Below the pieces are notes generated by a model. The model ran no database searches. It was not told the origin of the DNA and worked only from the letters and a program-made list of their open reading frames with translations. Below are positions 55,889 through 64,000 of a DNA stretch of 64,000 bases, piece by piece. This stretch comes from Pseudomonadota bacterium (GTDB taxonomy: Bacteria; Chloroflexota; Ktedonobacteria; Ktedonobacterales; JADMIN01), in contig JAJPIU010000106.1 of NCBI GenBank assembly GCA_021324535.1, positions 3,961 to 67,960 on the forward strand, in the 5' to 3' direction. Position 1 is the first letter of the stretch; each line of letters opens with the position of its first letter. The position numbers and the translations under genes were made by a program.

Positions 55889-55932
55889 AAAAAACGCCTG
55901 CCCTCGAATCATCTGACTCAAGAGGGCAGGCG
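55889..55932 (-). terminator. Intrinsic terminator of the T-box leader
   Basis: On the minus strand, CGCCTGCCCTC-N16-GAGGGCAGGCG is followed by TTTTTT. Confidence 0.8.
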
Positions 55933-56080
55933 TTGATCCTGCGGTACCACCTCACGTTGGATGCTTTCCCTCTCCGGCTCATCATGCCAGTACGATCGCT
56001 ATGGCATGCGGCGCGTACCCATAAGGGCGCATCCTCTCTGCCCGCGCGCTCACTTTCTCTGTGAGAAACGCGGCGTCCGA
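55889..56080 (-). promoter_or_regulatory. T-box riboswitch leader upstream of proS
   Basis: The minus strand carries the T-box sequence GAGGUGGUACCGCAGGA (forward 55941-55951 = gcggtaccacc). Its 3' half overlaps the 5' arm of the terminator, giving the antiterminator/terminator alternative. Upstream are AGAGA-type elements and hairpins (CTCAC-AGAGAAA-GTGAG, CATGCCA-N12-TGGCATG). The 5' boundary and specifier codon are not resolved. Confidence 0.75.
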
Positions 56081-56519
56081 TGGTAACGGCGGACTTCCGG
56101 CGACCTTAGCTTTTGGCAATAAACTTGCGGCAAGCTTTCGGCGCGCTGCTGGCGGGCGGGTTCCGCGTGGCCTCCACACCGACTTTCACTGGCTCGGCTC
56201 GCTGCTGTGGCTGGTAGCGCGCGTACTATTCCCGGTCTGCGCAATCAACCCTGATGGGCTGTCTTCCGGCTACAGTGTACGCCATGGGGCGCTGGCGTGT
56301 CAAGTGGCCAACTCAACACCCCCATACGTCACAAGTGGGATGCTGAGTGGTGTTACAATACCTTAAAACACCACACAATCCACCATATCCATTGCCCCCG
56401 CAGATGTCAGGGAGAGACGTGGCCACCTCAGGATTGATCGCGCCCCTCGCACCGCATGGGCGGGTGGCTGCGATATGTTGTCGTGTCCGTCGAAAAACAG
56501 GTCAGGGAGCAGATTCAGC

Positions 56520-59500
56520 ATGGCGACGAAGAGAACCTCACAGACGAGCCTCAGCACGAAGACCCAAATGGAAGCGCAGGCGGGTCAAGACGGACACGTC
56601 GGCGGCGCGCTTCTTCCTCAGCCCCCCACAAGCGAACCGCTCAATGGACATGCTGAGGAGTCATCCAACGAGCTATCGAGCAGACAGACGCGGGCTATCC
56701 TCTCCGCATTGCAGGCGATGCAAAGTGGCGATTTTTCCGTGCGGCTCCCTGGCGATTGGGTTGGACTGGAAGGCAAGATCGCCGATACCTTCAATGAGAT
56801 CGTCTCTGCCAACCAGCAGATGGCGCATGAACTCGAACGGGTGGGGCATGTTGTTGGCAAGCAGGGCAAGACGCGCGAACGCATCCATGTCGCGCAATCG
56901 TGGGGCGCCTGGGGTGAGATGGAGGTCTCTGTCAATACGCTGATCGAAGACCTGCTGCGCCCCACGACGGAGGTGACACGCGCTGTGGCGGCTGTCGCGC
57001 AGGGCGATCTGCGCCAGACCGTCCGCCTCGATGTTGATGGGCGCCCGCTGGAAGGTGAGTTCCTGCGGTCGGCGACGATCATCAATACGATGATCCAGCA
57101 ACTTGGGGTCTTTACGTCTGAAGTGACGCGCGTGGCCCGCGAGGTGGGCACCGAAGGCAAGCTCGGCGGCCAGGCGCAGGTGCCGGAGGTCAGCGGAGTC
57201 TGGAAAGACCTGACAGATAGCGTCAACTTCATGGCTGGCAACCTCACCGAGCAGGTGCGCAACATCGCCGAGGTGACGATTGCCGTCGCCAATGGCGACC
57301 TCTCGAAGAAGATCACCGTGGACGTGCGCGGCGAGATTCTGCTGCTCAAAGACGCCATCAACACAATGGTAGACCAGTTGCGCTCGTTTGCCTCAGAAGT
57401 CACCCGCGTGGCCCGCGAAGTGGGCACGGAAGGCAAGCTCGGCGGGCAGGCGGTCGTGCCGGGCGTGGCGGGCACCTGGAAAGACCTCACCGACAGCGTG
57501 AACGCGATGGCGGGCAACCTGACCGCCCAGGTGCGCAACATCGCTGAGGTCACAACGGCGGTGGCGCGCGGCGACCTCTCGCGCAAGATCACCGTCAACG
57601 TCAGCGGCGAAATCCTTGAACTGAAGGAAACCATCAATACGATGGTAGACCAGTTGAACGCCTTCGCCGGCGAGGTGACGCGCGTGGCCCGTGAAGTGGG
57701 CACCGAAGGTAAGCTGGGCGGCCAGGCGGTCGTCCCTGGCGTGGCGGGCACGTGGAAGGGCCTGACCGATAACGTCAACTCGATGGCGAACAACCTGACG
57801 GCGCAGGTGCGCAACATCGCTGAGGTGGCGACCGCCATCGCAGGTGGCGACCTCTCGCGCAAGATCACCGTCAACGTCAGCGGCGAAATCCTCCAACTCA
57901 AAGAGACGATCAACACGATGGTAGACCAGTTGAACGCCTTCGCGGGTGAGGTGACGCGCGTGGCCCGCGAAGTGGGCACGGAAGGTAAGCTGGGCGGGCA
58001 GGCGCAGGTGTTGGGCGTGGCAGGCACCTGGAAAGACCTCACCGACAGCGTCAACTCGATGGCAAGCAACCTGACAGCACAGGTGCGCAATATCGCTGAC
58101 GTGACAACGGCGGTGGCGCGCGGCGACCTCTCGCGCAAGATTACTGTGGACGTGAAGGGCGAGATTCTCTTCCTCAAAGAGACGATCAACACGATGGTAG
58201 ACCAGTTGAACGCCTTCGCGGGTGAGGTGACGCGCGTGGCCCGTGAAGTGGGCACGGAAGGTAAGCTGGGCGGTCAGGCGGTCGTCCCCGGCGTGGCAGG
58301 CACCTGGAAAGACCTGACCGATAGCGTCAACTTCATGGCGGGGAATCTGACGGCGCAGGTGCGCAACATCGCCGAGGTGGCGACCGCTATCGCAGGCGGC
58401 GACCTGTCGAAGAAGATCACTGTGGATGTGCGCGGCGAGATTCTGGAACTCAAAGAGACGCTGAACACAATGGTGGAGCAGTTGCGCTCGTTCGCTTCTG
58501 AAGTCACCCGTGTCGCCCGTGAAGTGGGCACGGAAGGCAAGCTCGGCGGGCAGGCGGTCGTCCCTGGGGTCGCCGGAACGTGGAAAGACCTGACCGATAG
58601 CGTGAACGCGATGGCGGGCAACCTCACTGCCCAGGTACGCAACATCGCCGAGGTGACGATTGCCGTCGCCAATGGCGACCTCTCACGCAAGATTACGGTG
58701 AATGTGAGCGGCGAGATTCTCCAATTGAAGGAAACCATCAACACGATGGTAGACCAGTTGAATGCTTTCGCGGCTGAGGTGACGCGCGTGGCGCGCGAGG
58801 TGGGCACCGAAGGCAAGCTCGGCGGCCAGGCGGTCGTCCCTGGCGTGGCGGGCACGTGGAAAGACCTGACCGACAATGTGAACGTGATGGCGAACAACCT
58901 GACGGAGCAGGTGCGCAATATCGTCAAGGTGGTGACTGCCGTGGCTGACGGCGACCTGACGCAAAAGCTGACGGTCAACGCGAAGGGCGAGGTTGCGGCG
59001 CTTGCCGAGACGATCAACAACATGACGGATACGCTGGCGACCTTCGCCGACCAGGTGACGAGCGTGGCGCGCGAGGTGGGTGTGGAGGGACGGCTTGGCG
59101 GGCAGGCGAACGTGCCTGGCGCCGCCGGTACCTGGAAAGACCTCACCGGCAACGTCAACCTGCTGGCGGCCAACCTCACCAACCAGGTGCGCGCCATCGC
59201 CGAGGTGGCGACCGCCGTCACCCAGGGTGACCTTACCCGCTCCATTCAGGTAGAGGCGCGTGGCGAGGTGGCCGAACTCAAAGACAACATCAACACGATG
59301 ATCGATAACCTGCGCCTGACGACGGATCGCAACACCGAACAGGACTGGCTGAAGACCAATCTCGCCCGCTTCACGGGCATGTTGCAGGGCCAGCGCGATC
59401 TCTCCACCGTTGGGCGGCTGCTGCTTTCGGAGCTGGCCCCGCTGGTCAACGCCCATCAGGGGGTCATCTATCAGATGGCCGTCGAGGATGAAGAGCCGCA

Positions 59501-62105
59501 TCTGCGGCTGCTTTCGGCGTTCGCCGATGATGGAGCAGTCGGACATCAGGCGAAACTGCGGCTTGGCGATGGCCTGTTGGGGCAGGCGGCGCTGGAGAAA
59601 CGCAGTATGTTGATCACCGACCTTCCCCCAACGACCGTGCCGATCCGCTCAGGGCTGTTCCAGAGCGTGCCGCGCAACGTTATCGTGCTGCCAGTGCTCT
59701 TCGAGGATCACGTCAAGGCGGTGATTGAACTCTCCTCCTTGAATGAGTTTACCGCCTCTCACCTGGTGTTCCTCGAACAACTGACAGCAAACATCGGCAT
59801 CGTGCTCAACAGCATCGAGGCCACCATGCAGACGGAGGGCCTGCTCAAACAGTCGCAGCAACTGGCCGCAGAGTTGCAGACACAGCAGCGCGAACTGCAA
59901 CAGACAAATGAGCAGCTTGCCCAGAAGGCGCAACAACTGGCTGAGCGCAACGTGGAGGTGGAGCGTAAGAACCAGGAGATCGAGCAGGCCCGCCGCGCGC
60001 TGGAAGAGAAGGCGGCTGAACTGGCGCTTACCTCGAAGTATAAATCGGAGTTCCTGGCGAATATGTCGCATGAACTGCGTACGCCGCTGAACAGCATCCT
60101 GATTCTCGGCCAGCAGCTTGGCGATAACCCAGACGGCAACCTGACGCCAAAACAGGTGGAGTTTGCCAGGACGATTCATGGCGCGGGAACCGATCTGCTC
60201 AATCTGATCACCGATATTCTCGATCTGTCCAAGATCGAATCTGGCACGGTCTCGGTGGAGGTTGGGGAGATTCCCATCAATGACGTGCTGGATATGGTGG
60301 CGCGCCCGTTCCGCCACGAGGCCGAGAACCGACGGCTCTTCTTTGATGTGCAGTTGGCTGAGCGCCCCGGACAAACCATCGTCACTGACTCGAAGCGCCT
60401 ACAGCAGGTGCTCAAAAATCTGCTGTCAAACGCCTTCAAGTTCACCGAGCAGGGCGGCGTGCGCTTGAGCGTTTCGGCGGCCAGCAGTGGGTGGAGCGCC
60501 GACCATCCTGTGCTGAACGGCGCGGCGCACGTCATCGCGTTTGAGGTCTCCGATACGGGTATCGGCATCCCGCCGGAGAAGCAAAAGATCATCTTCGAGG
60601 CGTTCCAGCAGGCGGACGCAAGCACAAGCCGCCGGTTTGGTGGCACCGGGCTGGGGCTTGCCATCAGCCGCGAGCTTGCCAATCTGCTTGGCGGCGAGCT
60701 CCAACTCCATAGCGTTCCTGGCAAGGGCAGCACATTTACCCTATACGTGCCGCAAACCTACGTCGGCGCGCCGTTCTCAGGCGCCACGACCATAGCGACG
60801 ACGCCGGATCAGGCTGAGGGGCAGCGCCAGACGCGGCTCACTTCGCCATCAGCGCCGCCAGCCATCCGACTGGGAGAGCGGGCAAGCGACCTCATCGCCA
60901 TCTCGGATGACCGAGACGTTCTCTACCCCGACGACGCAGTGTTGCTCATCGTCGAGGATGATCCTTACTATGCCCGCATCCTGCTCGACCTCGCCCATGA
61001 CAACGGGTTCAAGGCGATTGTCGCCTCACGCGGCCTCGATGCGCTGACACTGGCCCGCCGCTTCCATCCGAAGGCCATCTCGCTCGATGTCTTCCTTCCC
61101 GATATGCTTGGATGGACGGTGCTGAGCCAGTTGAAGCAAGACCCCGCCATGCGCCACATTCCCATCCAGATGATCACACTGGATGAAGACCGACAGCATG
61201 GCCTGGCGCGCGGCGCCTTCGACTTCGTGACCAAGCCGACCTCCGCTGACGCCCTGGCTGCGGCGCTCGCGCGCATCAAGCAGTATGCCGAGCCGCGCAA
61301 GAAACGGCTGCTGATCGTGGAGGATAACGCCGCCGAGCAGTTGAGCGTGACCGAGTTGCTTGGCCACGACGACATCGAGATCGTCGGCGTCAACAGTGGC
61401 GCCGAAGCCCTTGCCGCGCTTCACGAGCAGGCGTTTGATTGTGTCGTGCTCGATTTGCGCCTGCCCGATATGTCGGGCTTCGAGGTGCTCGAACACATCA
61501 GAGACGACGCAGCGATACAGAATACGCCAGTGGTGGTGTTCACCGGAAAACAACTCTCGCCGGAGGAGGATGCGCAGCTTCATCTGCTGGCGCGCAGTGT
61601 CGTCGTCAAGGGAGTTGAATCGCCTGAGCGCTTGCTTGATGAGACGGCGTTGTTCCTGCATCGGGTGGTCGCCGACCTGCCCATGGAAAAGCAGCATATG
61701 CTGGAGCGGCTGCATAGCTCAGATGACGACCTGGTGGGCAAGAAAGTGTTGGTCGTTGACGACGACGTGCGCAACATTTTCGCCCTCAGCAGCGTATTGG
61801 AACGACGTGGGATGAGTGTGCTGACGGCAGGCACAGGGCGCGAGGCGATCACCACCCTCGAATCAACACCGGATGTGGCAATCGTGCTGATGGACATCAT
61901 GATGCCGGAGATGGACGGGTATGAGACGATGCAGGTCATCCGGCAAAATCCGGCCTTCCTGCGGCTCCCCATCATCGCACTCACAGCGAAAGCGATGAAA
62001 GGGGATCGCGAGAAATGCCTGGAAGCAGGCGCCTCGGACTATCTGGCGAAGCCGGTCAACACCGAGCAACTGCTTTCGGCGCTGCGCATGTGGCTACACA
62101 GGTGA
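56520..62105 (+). CDS. Giant hybrid sensor histidine kinase: poly-HAMP array, GAF, HisKA, HATPase_c, three receiver domains
   Basis: About 1860 aa. It has 9-10 HAMP-type units of ~92 aa (…[76 protein letters not shown]…). GAF: [11 protein letters not shown]-box: [18 protein letters not shown]. ATPase: DTGIGIP...[22 protein letters not shown] domains: LLIVEDDP.../LLIVEDNA.../VLVVDDDV... The start is ATG 56520 or GTG 56475. Confidence 0.9.
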   Translation: MATKRTSQTSLSTKTQMEAQAGQDGHVGGALLPQPPTSEPLNGHAEESSNELSSRQTRAILSALQAMQSGDFSVRLPGDWVGLEGKIADTFNEIVSANQQMAHELERVGHVVGKQGKTRERIHVAQSWGAWGEMEVSVNTLIEDLLRPTTEVTRAVAAVAQGDLRQTVRLDVDGRPLEGEFLRSATIINTMIQQLGVFTSEVTRVAREVGTEGKLGGQAQVPEVSGVWKDLTDSVNFMAGNLTEQVRNIAEVTIAVANGDLSKKITVDVRGEILLLKDAINTMVDQLRSFASEVTRVAREVGTEGKLGGQAVVPGVAGTWKDLTDSVNAMAGNLTAQVRNIAEVTTAVARGDLSRKITVNVSGEILELKETINTMVDQLNAFAGEVTRVAREVGTEGKLGGQAVVPGVAGTWKGLTDNVNSMANNLTAQVRNIAEVATAIAGGDLSRKITVNVSGEILQLKETINTMVDQLNAFAGEVTRVAREVGTEGKLGGQAQVLGVAGTWKDLTDSVNSMASNLTAQVRNIADVTTAVARGDLSRKITVDVKGEILFLKETINTMVDQLNAFAGEVTRVAREVGTEGKLGGQAVVPGVAGTWKDLTDSVNFMAGNLTAQVRNIAEVATAIAGGDLSKKITVDVRGEILELKETLNTMVEQLRSFASEVTRVAREVGTEGKLGGQAVVPGVAGTWKDLTDSVNAMAGNLTAQVRNIAEVTIAVANGDLSRKITVNVSGEILQLKETINTMVDQLNAFAAEVTRVAREVGTEGKLGGQAVVPGVAGTWKDLTDNVNVMANNLTEQVRNIVKVVTAVADGDLTQKLTVNAKGEVAALAETINNMTDTLATFADQVTSVAREVGVEGRLGGQANVPGAAGTWKDLTGNVNLLAANLTNQVRAIAEVATAVTQGDLTRSIQVEARGEVAELKDNINTMIDNLRLTTDRNTEQDWLKTNLARFTGMLQGQRDLSTVGRLLLSELAPLVNAHQGVIYQMAVEDEEPHLRLLSAFADDGAVGHQAKLRLGDGLLGQAALEKRSMLITDLPPTTVPIRSGLFQSVPRNVIVLPVLFEDHVKAVIELSSLNEFTASHLVFLEQLTANIGIVLNSIEATMQTEGLLKQSQQLAAELQTQQRELQQTNEQLAQKAQQLAERNVEVERKNQEIEQARRALEEKAAELALTSKYKSEFLANMSHELRTPLNSILILGQQLGDNPDGNLTPKQVEFARTIHGAGTDLLNLITDILDLSKIESGTVSVEVGEIPINDVLDMVARPFRHEAENRRLFFDVQLAERPGQTIVTDSKRLQQVLKNLLSNAFKFTEQGGVRLSVSAASSGWSADHPVLNGAAHVIAFEVSDTGIGIPPEKQKIIFEAFQQADASTSRRFGGTGLGLAISRELANLLGGELQLHSVPGKGSTFTLYVPQTYVGAPFSGATTIATTPDQAEGQRQTRLTSPSAPPAIRLGERASDLIAISDDRDVLYPDDAVLLIVEDDPYYARILLDLAHDNGFKAIVASRGLDALTLARRFHPKAISLDVFLPDMLGWTVLSQLKQDPAMRHIPIQMITLDEDRQHGLARGAFDFVTKPTSADALAAALARIKQYAEPRKKRLLIVEDNAAEQLSVTELLGHDDIEIVGVNSGAEALAALHEQAFDCVVLDLRLPDMSGFEVLEHIRDDAAIQNTPVVVFTGKQLSPEEDAQLHLLARSVVVKGVESPERLLDETALFLHRVVADLPMEKQHMLERLHSSDDDLVGKKVLVVDDDVRNIFALSSVLERRGMSVLTAGTGREAITTLESTPDVAIVLMDIMMPEMDGYETMQVIRQNPAFLRLPIIALTAKAMKGDREKCLEAGASDYLAKPVNTEQLLSALRMWLHR
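57120..59051 (+). repeat. Seven phase-locked 276-bp tandem units (coding, poly-HAMP array)
   Basis: The motif GA(A/G)GT(G/C)AC(G/C)CG(C/T)GTGGC recurs at 57120, 57396, 57672, 57948, 58224, 58500, 58776 and 59052, an exact 276-bp period. Some units share more than 60 nt of identity (e.g. 57896-57965 versus 58172-58241). Confidence 0.9.
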
Positions 62106-62127
62106 TCACAAAGACACGCGGAGGAAT

Positions 62128-63441
62128 GTGGAGCAACATATGGAGACAGACGGACAGGTGAATATCCTCATGGTAGATGATCAGCCAGCGAAGCTACTAA
62201 GCTATGAGGCGATTCTTACCGGCTTGGGGCTACATCTGATCAAGGCGACATCGGCCCGCGAGGCGCTGGAACATCTCCTGAAAACGGAGATCGCCGTCGT
62301 CTTGATGGATGTGAACATGCCAGAGATTGACGGCTTCGAACTGGCCGCCCTCATCAGGCAGCATCCCCGCTACCAGAAAACGGCGATCATCTTCATCTCG
62401 GCCGTTCACCTGACCGATCTCGACCGGCTCAAAGGCTACGAGATTGGCGCGGTTGACTATATCCAGGTGCCCGTGGCGCCTGAAATTTTGCGCGCCAAGG
62501 TGAGCGTATTCGCCGATTTGTTCCGCAAGACACGGGCGCTCGAAGAGTTCAACCGCGAACTGGAACAGCGTGTCGAGGAGCGCACAGCCGCTTTGGCCGA
62601 GGCGACCGAGCGCGAACGCGAGGCGCGCTTGACGGCTGAACGGGCGTTGCAGGCGCGCGATGTGTTTCTTTCCATCGCGGCGCACGAACTCAAGACGCCG
62701 CTCACCAGCCTCAAGGCAAGCGCGCAGGTGCTTACGCTCAAGCTCCAAAAAGGCGACGCCGAATATCCTGAGTGGCTGACCAACGGCTTGCGTATCGTTG
62801 ATCAGCAGTCGGCGCGGCTTGCCCGCCTGATCGAGCAACTCCTCGACGTGTCGCGGCTCGACCAGAACAAACAATCGGTGGAACGGCGAGAGACCGATCT
62901 GGCCGAGCTTGTTGAACGACTGGTGGCCGCGTTTCAGATGCGAACACATCAGCATACGCTCGCGCTCACGGCTGATTCCCCGCTCATCGCCAACATTGAT
63001 CCCGACGCCATCGAGCAGGTGATGAGCAACCTACTCGACAACGCCATCAAATACAGCCCCGATGGCGGACAGATTGACATCGAGGCGCGCAAGAGCGCCG
63101 ACGGGTATGCGCTTCTCTCCGTCAGGGATCGCGGGCTTGGCATTCCGCCCGAAAAGCAGGCGGACATCTTCGAGCGATTCTATCAGGCGCACGCGGATGA
63201 TCACCGTTCGGGCCTAGGGCTTGGCCTCTATATCAGCAAGCAGATTGTGCAGCTTCACGGTGGAAACATCGCTGTGGAGTACCCCCCTGATAGGGGCACG
63301 CGCTTTATCGTACGGCTGCCGGTGAACGCACAGGCCAGCCAGCCACAGGGCGAAGCTACCCCTTCGCCCCCACAGGCGCATGGCAGCGCGGCTGCCCTGG
63401 GCGTGGGCGCAAAGACACGGTTTGCCCGCAAGGAGAGCTAG
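62128..63441 (+). CDS. Response-regulator/histidine-kinase hybrid (REC, coiled coil, HisKA, HATPase_c)
   Basis: 437 aa. REC: ILMVDDQPAKLL...VVLMDVNMPEIDGF...IFISAV...DYIQVPV. H-box: FLSIAAHELKTPLTSL. ATPase: LLDNAIKYSP...RDRGLGIP...GLGLGLYISKQIVQLHGG. Confidence 0.88.
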   Translation: MEQHMETDGQVNILMVDDQPAKLLSYEAILTGLGLHLIKATSAREALEHLLKTEIAVVLMDVNMPEIDGFELAALIRQHPRYQKTAIIFISAVHLTDLDRLKGYEIGAVDYIQVPVAPEILRAKVSVFADLFRKTRALEEFNRELEQRVEERTAALAEATEREREARLTAERALQARDVFLSIAAHELKTPLTSLKASAQVLTLKLQKGDAEYPEWLTNGLRIVDQQSARLARLIEQLLDVSRLDQNKQSVERRETDLAELVERLVAAFQMRTHQHTLALTADSPLIANIDPDAIEQVMSNLLDNAIKYSPDGGQIDIEARKSADGYALLSVRDRGLGIPPEKQADIFERFYQAHADDHRSGLGLGLYISKQIVQLHGGNIAVEYPPDRGTRFIVRLPVNAQASQPQGEATPSPPQAHGSAAALGVGAKTRFARKES

Positions 63442-63548
63442 CGGTGGCGCTGCCACACTGGTGGATGCGAAAAGAGAACGATGGACCGCTCTCATTGTTT
63501 CTTCATTGCAGGGATGCACAATGTGCTGTATGATACAGAACGATGGCA

Positions 63549-63576
63549 ATAACGATATAGCGCGTTATATCGTTAT
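63549..63576. other. AT-rich perfect inverted repeat ATAACGATATA-GCGCGT-TATATCGTTAT
   Basis: It has 11-bp perfect arms and a 6-nt spacer. It lies 108 nt after the kinase stop and about 180 nt before the next candidate start. No U-tract follows it. Confidence 0.6.
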
Positions 63577-63700
63577 CTGTCACCCACAGGCCATCTCGCA
63601 CGTACACTCTGGCAGAACCATCCGCATAGCTATCGCACCCACTGAGCGCACGCTTGCGGATGGCGTGGACGTATGGCGCGAGACCGTCTGAGATCGCGCG

Positions 63701-63724
63701 GAGCGTATGAGCGTATGAGCGTAT
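63701..63724. repeat. 8-bp tandem repeat (gagcgtat x3)
   Basis: gagcgtat|gagcgtat|gagcgtat lies 33 nt upstream of the candidate ATG at 63757. Confidence 0.85.
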
Positions 63725-63756
63725 GCAGGCGCGCCAAGCCAAACGGAGCAACGAAG

Positions 63757-64000
63757 ATGGAGCCTGAACTATCCGAACCACCCAAACCACCCGAAACGTC
63801 CCAACCATCTGAGACCAGCGCCTCCACCGGAACAACACACCAGGGCGGAACCTCTGGCGCGCCGGGCGCTCCCTCAGCCTTGACCTCCCAGGGGCCTCTC
63901 ATCCTGCCGAGCCTCCCCGCGGCTGCCTCTGCCTCTGACGATGAGGAGCGGCAAACGTTGCTGGCTGCCCTGGCGGCCAGCCGTGAACTTGGCCCGGAGA
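63757..64000 (+). CDS. Hypothetical protein, 5' part only (open to the right edge)
   Basis: Own translation: MEPELSEPPKPPETSQPSETSASTGTTHQGGTSGAPGAPSALTSQGPLILPSLPAAASASDDEERQTLLAALAASRELGPE... GGAG lies 8 nt upstream, and no stop occurs before the window end. It is low-complexity, so the call is tentative. Confidence 0.35.
   Translation, partial: MEPELSEPPKPPETSQPSETSASTGTTHQGGTSGAPGAPSALTSQGPLILPSLPAAASASDDEERQTLLAALAASRELGPE

Noticed and set aside
55117-56064. 315-aa plus-strand ORF across proS and its leader
   Set aside because: It is antisense to proS and to the T-box leader. No motifs are present and the composition is Arg/His/Leu-rich.
57120-59051. Regularly spaced repeats as a possible CRISPR array
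   Set aside because: The period is 276 bp with no unique spacers. The repeats are in-frame coding sequence of HAMP domains, and no cas genes are present. The 11-bp x5 array at 31087 is likewise too short and spacer-less.
56618-59245. Two long minus-strand ORFs (545 aa and 323 aa) with internally repeated [16 protein letters not shown] units
   Set aside because: They are the antisense image of the 276-bp poly-HAMP repeats. Their periodicity comes from the plus-strand gene, and their composition (Ser/Arg/Thr/Pro) is non-protein-like.
1-64000. tRNA, rRNA, tmRNA, RNase P, transposase/integrase, prophage or integron signatures
   Set aside because: I scanned the intergenic regions for T-loop-type GGTTCGAATCC-like strings, for RNase P and tmRNA consensus blocks, and for recombinase-like ORFs. 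None was seen. The low-GC patches have no recognisable att-type flanking direct repeats.

Overview
This 64-kb window is a chromosomal segment of a high-GC bacterium. Hand-counted 60-nt lines in core genes give about 63-67% GC. I support about 45 protein genes. I found no rRNA, tRNA, CRISPR array, transposase or integrase. The gene content includes two Hanks-type Ser/Thr kinases, an ECF sigma/anti-sigma pair, an F420-type LLM oxidoreductase, a giant poly-HAMP hybrid kinase and a T-box leader on proS. That mix suggests a Chloroflexota- or Actinomycetota-like organism, but this is inference only because no database search was possible.

Housekeeping genes:
- prfA, and proS with a T-box attenuator
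- yebC-family and yceD/DUF177 genes
- RNase H, an aquaporin, a KimA-like K+ transporter and a TerC-family gene
- a TauE/DUF1634/LysR unit
- an acyl-CoA dehydrogenase and a benzoate-CoA-ligase-family enzyme

The accessory content has three parts:
1. A self-contained low-GC cassette at 29.5-35.4 kb (about 50-55% GC). It encodes a cytoplasmic 5xGAF histidine kinase, an orphan receiver-like protein, and a protein ending in a 2-TM K+-channel-like pore with a degenerate filter. An 11-bp x5 tandem repeat sits between genes 2 and 3. This is my best candidate for an undescribed system: a phosphorelay-gated membrane pore. Its function is inferred, not shown.
2. Restriction-modification debris and survivors. 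These are a frameshifted Mrr-like type IV endonuclease in a second low-GC patch, a possible fragment of an amino-methyltransferase next to it, an internally deleted C5-methyltransferase remnant at 8.6-9.0 kb, and an intact single-polypeptide Vsr-Dcm fusion at 38.4-40.1 kb.
3. Repeat phenomena. These are seven phase-locked 276-bp units inside the poly-HAMP kinase, in-frame 9-bp microsatellites in two genes, several 7-11-bp intergenic tandem repeats, and a recurring CCCCTCC...GGAGGGG hairpin family at gene ends.

Many long ORFs in the supplied track are antisense or frame artefacts of GC-rich coding DNA. Several track ORFs also carry spurious N-terminal extensions. I re-set those starts using Shine-Dalgarno motifs and family N-termini.
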